Positions 53,533 through 64,000 of a DNA stretch of 64,000 nt are shown piece by piece (positions within the stretch are counted from its first letter, which is position 1; each line of letters opens with the position of its first letter). The stretch comes from Octopus vulgaris (Eukaryota): the NCBI GenBank assembly GCA_951406725.2, contig OX597826.1, positions 79,484,001 to 79,548,000 on the forward strand, written 5' to 3'. The notes beneath the pieces were generated by a model. It did not search any database. It was not told the origin of the DNA and was given only the letters and a program-made list of their open reading frames with translations. The translations under genes were made by a program, and so were the position numbers.

Positions 53533-53870
53533 TTTACCTCCTTTGGTCAGACACTGACCATGGGTTTGCACCTAGAGAGTTACCCTCTGAGGAACAAGTA
53601 TGGGCAAGGTTGTTTTATGGAAGACCAGCAGTCGCCCATGCATACCAGCCTCCCTCTCCACGTCACCGATGTTGTCCAAGGGAAAGGCAAGGGCCGATAC
53701 AGCTTGGCACCTGTGACGTCGCAACTCATTTCTACAGCTGAGTGAACTGGAGCAACGTGAAATAAAGTGTCTTGCTTAAGAACACAACACGCAGCCCGGT
53801 CCGGGATTCGAACTCACAACCTCACGATCGTAAGCTCGACGCTCTAACCACTGAGCCACGCGCCTTCACA
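53533..53870 (-). mobile_element. tRNA-Arg(ACG)-like headed SINE S3, full length
   Basis: Minus strand: GGCGCGTGGCTCAGTGGTTAGAGCGTCGAGCTT-ACG-ATCGTGAGGTTGTGAGTTCGAATCCC, then CORE-like TGTGTTCTTAAGCAAGACACTTTA. Confidence 0.9.
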
Positions 53871-53984
53871 GTTATATGTACAGTTACTCATTAGAATATA
53901 CATTATGATCAGTTTCATCGATTTATTGATAAATACAGTATTCAGTTGAAGAATCAGTGCAACATTTGTATTGTGTGTGTGTGT

Positions 53985-54134
53985 GTGTGTAGTAATTTGC
54001 TTGCTTACCAAGCACAGGGTTCCGGGCTCAGTCCCACTGCGTGGTACCTTGGGCAAGTGTCTTCCACTATAGCCTCAGGCCGACCAAAGCCTTTGTGAGT
54101 GGATTTGGTAGACGGAAACTGAAAGAAACCCGTC

Positions 54135-54189
<55 letters not shown>

Positions 54190-54389
54190 ATGTTTGTGCA
54201 TCTATGTTTGTTTCACCGCCACCATCACTTGAGAACCGATGTTGGTATGTTTATGTCCCCGTATACTAGCGGTTCGTCAAAAGGGACAGATAAAATAAGT
54301 ACTAGACATACAAGAATAAATCTTGTGGTTGATTTGTTCGACTAAAGGTAGTGCTCCAGCATGGATGCAGTCAAATGACTAAAACAAAT
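53985..54389 (+). mobile_element. SINE S1, near full length
   Basis: Colinear with 52271-52695. Confidence 0.9.
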
Positions 54390-54390
54390 A

Positions 54391-54707
54391 TGTGGCTAAT
54401 CCTTAAGGGTGGATGCTACTGTAGCTTGTAGCCCCAGGAAGACAACTCCTCCTGATGGCTATTGACACACTTTCTGTGCCCTATCAGTATTTGCAAAAGG
54501 AAGTCATCCTTCCCATCTCCAGCCTGACGTGATACACACAGACCCGAATTTCTGGGTACAGGCTGGAGATGGGAACGATGACTTCCCTTTGCAAATACTG
54601 ATAGGGCACAGAAAGTGTGTCAATAGGCAGCTGGAGGAGATGTCTTTTGGGGGCTACAAGCTACAGTAGCATCAACCTTTAAGGGTTAGCCACAGTTAGG
54701 TGGCAAA
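54391..54707. mobile_element. Foldback element, family G (136-bp arms 54391-54526 and 54559-54694; right arm extends)
   Basis: Arms are imperfect reverse complements; shares TTTGCCA..TAAC..TGGC, TAGCCCCAGGA.GACA, GGCTAT..GACAC..CTGTG with 6780-7070. Confidence 0.85.
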
Positions 54708-54756
54708 TATACTTCACGATGTCGTGCGGCTGCTGTTCATACCTCGCTCAGAGATT

Positions 54757-54813
<57 letters not shown>

Positions 54814-54962
54814 GTCGATTATATCGACCCCAGTATGTATGTATGTATGTATGTATGTATGTATGTATGTGTATGTGTGTGTGTATTGTTTATAAAAGGA
54901 AATGGAGAGTAATCATTTGGCTCAATGTTAAATTCTTGACATAAATGATCTATGTATGTATG

Positions 54963-55006
<44 letters not shown>

Positions 55007-56960
55007 GATCGATCCATCTCTCTCTCTCTCTGTTGATTTGGCCATGTGTAACGTCTCACAAATGTTGATATATTATTTTGGCCTATGTAAAGTGTTGCTT
55101 ATCGATATATTTTTAAGGGGGAAATATTTCGTTCGACAGTTTTTCCTACCCAGTAATTTTCATAAAAATAAATTTAATATAAACATTATGCTTCGAAATG
55201 ATAAAAGAAAAAATAAATTCATTGCTTTTTTTTCTTTTTTACGCATCTTTGAGCTTTTTTTTTTCTATGATAGAAAATGTTGCGTAGCTGAACTGACAGC
55301 GAAGCATTATTTAAAGCAATTACGTTCAAGAAAAATGGCGAAAATTTAGAATGTTATAATCATAAGGAGAATTCTTGCAAAGAATATCATTGAAAAAGTG
55401 TCATATTTTCATAGGACGGATACAGAAAATGTCTTTTATCCTAGCTTTGTTACAAATATTTTGCAAAGTAGGAATAATGAAATTTTCAGTTACAGAAATT
55501 GCACGTATTATCTGCGAGAGAATCAATGACAAGCAAATAAAACGGTTTTCGTTTAGAACAAGATGCTTAGTCGATAGAATTTGGTAATAAAATCAGCTTA
55601 CGTTTGTCCTTGGAAAATGTTAAAGTTCTAAATATGTCCCACGGAATGTTTTCGGCTAAATTCCTTCGCAATGCGTGGTGTTTGAAGCAATATAAAATAT
55701 AACTAAGAAATACTAAATTTCTAAATCTCTCGTAGAGACATGTACGGTGGTGGGGCGATAGAATGGTTGTATACTGTCAATCTAACACGAACGTGACAGT
55801 AGGGGGTACACCACCGCTGTTTAGCCCTAGGAAGCATCGACGCCTCCTGATGGCTTTGACACATTTTTCCTGTGTCCTTATATACATTTATATAACTGTT
55901 TGGTGTAAAAAATGCATTCAATTTTATTCAAAAAATTTATCGGACAAAACATTATATAACACTAAATTACGGAGGTATTTCAAGAATTCGAACTGTTAAT
56001 CTCAGAAGAGAAATACAATTGCTATGCTGTGTTTGGATATTCTGAAAAGCTTTAGAACCACACGTAATTGCTTCTTTTTATCGATCTACTCAAATGGGAA
56101 AACAACTCACTTTATCCATACAATGCAACAATCCTTTACGAATAAGATAGAGTAAAGAATGCATAATATATCCAAAATTCTACACAAGGCGCACACATAG
56201 TGATGCGTACATTTGCCTTCCTGCCTATCTGCCTGCCTGCCTGCCTGTCTGTCTGCCTGTCTGTCTGTCTGTTTGTCTCTCTGTATGAAATTTATTCTTA
56301 AATTCATTTCTAGATTTGTTTCCGATGAAGAACGAGCTGGTTTCTGACCAAGATCCGAGGCTATTTCATAGGAATTCCAACACCAACGGGGTAATTATGC
56401 ATCGATGTATGCATGTGGGCAAGTATTCGGTGTCAATGCATGTGCAGATCTGCATGTTTTGTTTCATGCATGCCTACTCATGCATGTATTGTGTGTCCAG
56501 ACATGTGCATATGTACTCATAGACCAAACCTTTCGAAGATTTTTTTTTTACATATTTTGACACTTCAATTGGTGGCTTGTATTTGTAATCTTCTGATTAA
56601 CTTTGCAGGTATGCATGTATGAGGAGTTTGGACATTTACGGACAATATTAAGGGAAGATATGAAAGATCACGGTGTACTAAAACGAAGAAGAACCAGGAG
56701 TAGATGCAGAGCTTGTTAAGCACATCTACCTTATAAGAAGACAAAGAGATGAAGAGTGAAGAGAACATATAAATCGGGTACAAGTGATAGTTCTCAGATG
56801 GATTATAGATAAAAAACATTTGAAGAACGGCTATTATTATACACTAATAAATGTGATTCTAGAAGCAGATATTTTTGTGAATCACAGGCCTCATTATCTT
56901 ATCGTATATCCAGTATTATTCACGAAACATAAGGCCTCAGATGAGTTCCTGAGGTGTTTT

Positions 56961-57000
<40 letters not shown>

Positions 57001-57424
57001 CTGTGAATATATATATGTATATATGTATGTATATATGAGTGTGTGTATGTGTGTGTGTGTGTGTGTGTGTGTATCTGTTTGTCTGTCTTACAAATAGTAA
57101 AACAATATACAGCTAAACATAATTTCACAGCAGGTTTCCTAGAGCGCTCTCGCAGCACATTTACCTCATGCAAAAACTGAATAAAAACTTGACATATTTG
57201 AACATCTGTGATCGCGGCTCCATACGTCACACGAAATTCTTCAGGTACAGAGGCTGTTTGTTTACATTCTGCTCACTTATGAACTTCATGCTCTAGCACA
57301 TCGTCATCGCACTCAAAGAAAACCCCACCATGTATATTTATAAAATCTAAGTAGTATACATACATACATACATACATACATACATACATACATACATACA
57401 TACATACATACATACATACATACA

Positions 57425-57484
<60 letters not shown>

Positions 57485-57488
<4 letters not shown>

Positions 57489-57681
57489 ATCCAAACAAGA
57501 AAGCACAAAAAAACACAACAACGCGAGGACGTGGAACAAATATAGTATAATAATACTCAGGAAAGAAGGAAAGAAGGAGGGTTTAACGTTTCGAGCGGAG
57601 CTCTTCGTCGGAAACATAGGAGAAGGAAAGATCCAGAGAAGGGAAGACAGAGGAAAAAAGTCGCCAACGGTACACACGCGG

Positions 57682-57686
<5 letters not shown>
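57485..57686 (-). mobile_element. Family A element, copy A3 (HHR 57581-57615, core CCGACGA)
   Basis: Colinear with A1/A2; between (TA)n and (CA)n. Confidence 0.88.
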
Positions 57687-57722
<36 letters not shown>

Positions 57723-57723
<1 letters not shown>

Positions 57724-57931
57724 TGACTCCAAACAAAGAACAAACAAGAAAGGACAATAACTCGTGGACGTGGTACAAGTCGTGTATGATAAGACGCTTA
57801 GGAAAGGAAGGAAAAAGGATTTAACTTTTCGAGCCAAGCCCTTCGTCAGAAATAGAGGAAAGTCTAAAGGAAGGGAAGACGGAGGAAGTAAATCGCCAAC
57901 GATACACACGTGGTTACATTTTGAAATGACC
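57723..57931 (-). mobile_element. Family A element, diverged copy A4 (HHR 57819-57853), tandem with A3
   Basis: Minus strand: ATTT-CTGACGA-A-GGGC-TTG-GCTC-GAAA-A-GTT-AAAT. Confidence 0.8.
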
Positions 57932-57974
57932 ATATATCTGTGTGTGAGTGTGTATACATATATATATATACATA

Positions 57975-58560
<586 letters not shown>

Positions 58561-58643
58561 TACAATGAGTCAACCTCTTTGTGTGTGCGCGCGCGTGTGT
58601 GCTGTCATTTATGCGTCTACCTTTATTCTATGAAGCAGACAAT

Positions 58644-59322
58644 ACAACTTTGGTGGCTATACCAGAAAAAGGAGCTATTTTTAGCACTAGAGTTAACCAC
58701 TTAGCGGTAACTCTCTTATATTTACGTATAAATTTGTATTGTCTCCCTGGTTTTTTATGTGCTAAGCCACTTGGTGTTAAACTGATGGTATTATTAAATT
58801 AATATCTAATTTTTCACCCTCATTTATGAATTTATAAATTTAATGATGCTGCAGTAAATATTATATGCAGTATTCGTTTCCACTAAGTCTTAACATGCTT
58901 TTGGCGGGGAATCTGAATCACAACTATGAATGCAATCGATTAATCCGCATGGGTATTTGACGCTCGTGAGGGTCTAATAAATTGTATCGAAGACAAACCT
59001 CCGCTGATGATTTATAGATAAATATGTGAGTAAAATTGCATATTATATTAATAATGAAACAATTGTTCGGCGTTAATCTATTTGTTCGTTGTATTTCACT
59101 TACCTTACGTTGAATGTAATGTTATTTCTTATTGGAAACAACTTTGGTGGCTATACCAGAAAAAGGAGCTATTTTAGCACTAGAGTTAACCACTTAGCGG
59201 TAACTCTCTTATATTTAAGTATAAATTTGTATTGTCTCCCTGGTTTTTTATGTGCTAAGCCACTTGGTATTAAACTGATGGTATTATTAAATTAATATCT
59301 AATTTTTCACCCTCATTTATGA

Positions 59323-59324
<2 letters not shown>
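58644..59324. mobile_element. Element with 187/188-bp near-identical direct repeats (58644-58831, 59138-59324) and a ~306-bp spacer
   Basis: Three differences seen between the copies; no TG..CA LTR ends; right copy abuts (TA)n. Confidence 0.8.
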
Positions 59325-59357
<33 letters not shown>

Positions 59358-59358
<1 letters not shown>

Positions 59359-59571
59359 TTTATTTTAAGCAGCAGAAAATTCAACAAAATCTGTTACTCT
59401 GAGTTTCTCGTTGCCGTTCATCAGACAGTTTTTGTCTGATGAACGGCAACGAGAAACTCAGAGTAACAGATTTTGTTGAATTTTCTGCTGCTTAAAATAA
59501 AGCATATTACTCTACCACTGGTATTTGAGTACTCTTTTTTCCACCTTGTTTCACATTTATGTGTTTACTCC

Positions 59572-59573
<2 letters not shown>
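59358..59573. mobile_element. Family B element B2: perfect 70-bp inverted repeat with a hammerhead on each strand
   Basis: 59358-59427 is the exact reverse complement of 59433-59502; (C/T)TGT-CTGATGA-ACG-GCAA-CGA-GAAA-CTC-A-GA-GTA-ACAG; (TA)n on both sides. Confidence 0.9.
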
Positions 59574-59612
<39 letters not shown>

Positions 59613-59615
<3 letters not shown>

Positions 59616-59940
59616 CAAAATATGCAACAAGGATATCCAGAGGTAATGCAGTACGATCGTTTCATGCAACTCCATTTAAATGAACAATGTAATCATTACA
59701 TCAATTTAAAATGTAGAGCAATCTTCAGCTGCACAAAGACATAGAATTTAATTTAACTTCTTCGAGATTTTAGGTATAATTATACAGATGTGTCCATCTG
59801 TCCTAATTTAATTAAACGATCGTACTGCATTACCTCTGGATATCCTTGTTGCTTATTTTGATTTTAATCACCTTATTTTGAAATTGCATGGATAATACCG
59901 TACTAAATTCTGGTGCCTCAACTTAAGTACCATATTCATC

Positions 59941-59945
<5 letters not shown>
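59613..59945. mobile_element. Family F element F2 in inverted pLTR arrangement; intact-core hammerhead 59648-59732 on minus strand
   Basis: Minus strand: GCAG-CTGAAGA-TTGCTC...GAGTTGCAT-GAAA-CGATC-GTA-CTGC; ~59613-59662 is inverted at ~59814-59863. Confidence 0.87.
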
Positions 59946-60000
<55 letters not shown>

Positions 60001-60003
<3 letters not shown>

Positions 60004-60265
60004 CCAGGTGTGTATCGTTGGCGATATTTTTCCTCCGTCTTCCCTTCCTTTGATCTTTCCTTTTTCTATGCTTCTGACGAAGAGCTCCACTCGAAACGTT
60101 AAATCCTCATTCCTTCTTTCCTTTCCTGAGCGTCCACTAACACTATACTTGTTCCACGTCCTTGCGTTGTTGTGTTTTCTCTTTCACTAGTGTTTTCATG
60201 TTTGGATTAACTATACATATATAACGTCCTTGCGTTGTTGTCTTTTCGTTTTTGTTTTCTTGTTT

Positions 60266-60268
<3 letters not shown>
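60001..60268 (+). mobile_element. Family A element, copy A5 (HHR 60070-60104), plus a partial 3' duplicate at 60224-60268
   Basis: GCTT-CTGACGA-A-GAG-CTCCA-CTC-GAAA-C-GTT-AAAT; ends TTTGGATTAACT. Confidence 0.87.
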
Positions 60269-60335
<67 letters not shown>

Positions 60336-60339
60336 ATAG

Positions 60340-60382
<43 letters not shown>

Positions 60383-61064
60383 TCAAAATCTAAAACTAAC
60401 CCAAATTTATCTAAAGATACCGAGATATCAGAGAAGATGTGATTAAAAGAAATAACAAAATTTGATACGTAGAAGGTATGGAAGAATGTAGCATAGAGAA
60501 ATAAAGAAGAATGTGCGATTCGGAAAGCGAAATACTAAATAATAGGATAAGAAATAATGAGTGGTGAGGTATAAAAACGATCGCAAAGAAGACAAATTCA
60601 CACATCTAACAACAAAGATAGCAACAATGCACAAAATAATTGAACAACGAAACTAATTCATGATTTTATTCAAGTAAACATTGGCAAAGAATCTGGGCAA
60701 ACATAAAGAGTCGTATATAAATGGCTTTGTCAGATGACATCAAAATGAAGAGGAGAGAAAAAGCCAAAACTAACTTACATATAAATAAGACTTAGGAGCT
60801 TAGTTTTTAAAATTACCTCGGACGGACATCGAGAAAGAAATAGATGGAGCTGTGGAGCCATTTTGAATCTAAGATCTTGAAAGACGAACGCCACAATCTA
60901 GATATAATACCATATATATATATATATGTATATGTAGATATATATATGTATACACACACACAAATACGTATGCATACATACATACACACATACATACATG
61001 TACATACATGTATAAACATATGTATGTATGTGCGTATGTATGTATGTATGTATCTGTCGGTCTG

Positions 61065-61306
<242 letters not shown>

Positions 61307-61552
61307 AGGTGTTTGTGTATACACGTGTTATCTCTTGATAATATTCTGAGTTTTAAGAGATTAGAATAATACGTACATACATATATTTTTCTCTGCTTGT
61401 ATATATGTGTGTTTATGTGTGTGTTTGTGTGTGTGCGTGCGTATTCAGCAGTTCTTTTAAAGTGTGTTGTTATTAATCTAACATCAGTTACATTATTCCT
61501 AATTGCGTTTCCACAATTTACATTAGCAACATCCTACTCTCTCTCTCTCATT

Positions 61553-61640
<88 letters not shown>

Positions 61641-61984
61641 CACCATAGAATAAAACAATACCAAAACAAAACTCCAACTGCATTACAAGAACGGAAACGC
61701 TGATACAATGATGTAGATTTAGACGCATACTCTCTCCTGTGATAGAAGTTAATTAACCAGCGAACATCGATCCATATATCGAGTCACGTGTCGTCGCCGC
61801 TACATTGTTCATGCGTACAGGAATTAACCTCGTCAGCAAAATAGAAAAGAAGAAAGTTGGTTTGTAATGATTAAATACTGATCACCACATAATTATGGAA
61901 ATTTTGGTGAAAATGAAAATGACTCTTAAAATGCGTAGATAAATTATGGGGAAAAAAAGAAAAGCTTATTATGAAATAAACGCA

Positions 61985-62120
61985 AAGGTGAGTATGTGGT
62001 TGAGAAGATTGCTTCCGAAGCGCCTGGTCTGTGGTTCAGTCCCACTGTGTGCAACCTTGGGCATATATTTTCTATTATAGCCTCGAACCGACCAAAGCTT
62101 TGTCAATGGATTTGGTAGGC
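61985..62120 (+). mobile_element. SINE S1 5' half, diverged
   Basis: GGTTCAGTCCCACTGTGTGCAACCTTGGGCA...CCGACCAAAGC...GGATTTGGTAG. Confidence 0.8.
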
Positions 62121-63486
62121 AGTAATCGGTAGGGTTGGCATATCTAGAATGGCAATTTTTAACGAGATGATGTGACTTTAATTCTAATCTGTATCGTTAT
62201 TTTAGTTCCGTGGGATATACGCAATAGAAATAATTTGCTCCTTGTTCGAATTGTTAATGAGCTCAACTTGAAAAAAATCTCTGTTTTAATCAGTAAAAAC
62301 AGTCAATACATAATTCCAACTAAATGTAGTTTCGAATTAAGTTGTGTGCAGTTGGTAGCAATTAAGACACCAGTTGGTTGTATTCATTCTCTGCCTCCTT
62401 TGCTTCGAGCTCTATCTCTCTCCACACACACACACTCGCTCATATAAACATATATACACCATAGATGAACACGTGTTCATGTATGTGCGCACGCGTGTTT
62501 ATATAAAAGCAATAACCTGAACGCCAATTTCTTCACAAGCTCTAATTTGACACTTTCTCATTTCTCTCTCTAGCTCTCTTCCGTCGCTTCCTTTTCATTC
62601 CCCCCCTTCCCATTTCACCCCCCTTCTTTCTCTGGGAATATTCATGCAACACAAATCATTATGGCGACTTTCTGCTGACTTCCGCTCCTACAGCCTCTGT
62701 TGCTCGAATCACATTAGAAACCTCATTTGCAACACATAGTTCTCTTTTCCTTCCAGCCATTGCTATTCATTCGCTGAGTCTACTCGAATATGTTACGTAC
62801 ATATAACAAGTAAATTAATTTCGATTTACTATTTTGGCTTCGACTCCTATTTACAGAATAACAATAATTATAATTAGATTCAATAGTGAACCTTTGCTAT
62901 CAAATCTAGGTTTGACTTCATTTTATTGACATTTAATCTATGCATGGTTCACTTGACTCATTAACATCGAATTCAGTGTGATAATTTTCATTTTGATCAT
63001 GTAATTTCCATAGTTTCCCTGTATATAAAATCAATAATTCGCTGTTGATTGCTTTCAATATACTCCCCCGCTGACCAAAGTTCGAGTCGCCTGTTGATTC
63101 CCTGGTGTAGTTATTTAATTTATTTATTCGGTTTCATATACAAAACACTCGTGAGTTAATGCGATGTCAGCCATGTTAAATAATCAACACTAACTTTCCC
63201 TGTAAAGCTGAAGATATCTGCATATGCAAGGGGAAAAAATTATTTTAGAGAGTGGCCTTCAAATGGAGCCTGATCTGCAACCAAACGAATGGCGGACAAA
63301 TTTACCTTAAATCCCACCTCGTCGTCTTAAAAAGAACATCAAATAGGAGAATATAGGACCTAGATATATTAAATTTGGAAGATGGAACTGTCACGAATGG
63401 AATGCTTCTGATAATTGGTTCGTCTTAGAATTTAGCTTAAAACTGATTTTGAACAGACGATAATACGGACTGTATAGCATCACTCC

Positions 63487-63766
<280 letters not shown>

Positions 63767-64000
63767 TAATAAAGTTAAAATAGTTGAAAGCCAGGTAGAA
63801 TGCTGGTCGAATCTTATTATTGAGTAAAATTTCCCAGGATCATGTTTCGCTTTGTGACTGGAACATTTCTCTTTTGGTCATGTTCCAAATTCCTTTGGGA
63901 ACTATATAGTTATATACTTATACGTCATCAAAATCAATACGATTAATGGCTAATTGCTCGGTAGCTGTAATTATGTAAATTGAAGCAGAGTTCCTAAGAG

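Noticed and set aside
53795-53870. Possible tRNA-Arg(ACG) gene
   Set aside because: Acceptor stem does not close and it continues directly into a SINE body found in several copies; it is a SINE head.

Overview
AT-rich, repeat-saturated eukaryotic non-coding DNA with no credible intact host protein-coding exon. Almost all long ORFs in the supplied track are translations of microsatellites. The tRNA-derived SINE families and microsatellite load resemble an Octopus (coleoid cephalopod) genome; this is recognition from memory, not a search. Contents: three abundant tRNA-headed SINE families, mariner, Tigger and hAT MITEs, a non-autonomous Helitron, decayed CR1/L2-type LINE pieces and a decayed Penelope-like (Naiad-type) RT. 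The main unexplained signal is about 17 minimal type-I hammerhead ribozyme (HHR) motifs in about 9 unrelated short non-coding element families. Nearly all have a family-specific palindromic stem III (dimer-type HHR), most sit in or beside microsatellites, and several are in inverted pseudo-LTR arrangements. There are also HHR-less foldback and direct-repeat elements; two diverged foldback copies conserve a multi-hairpin fold. Coordinates were read by eye and may be off by a few bases.
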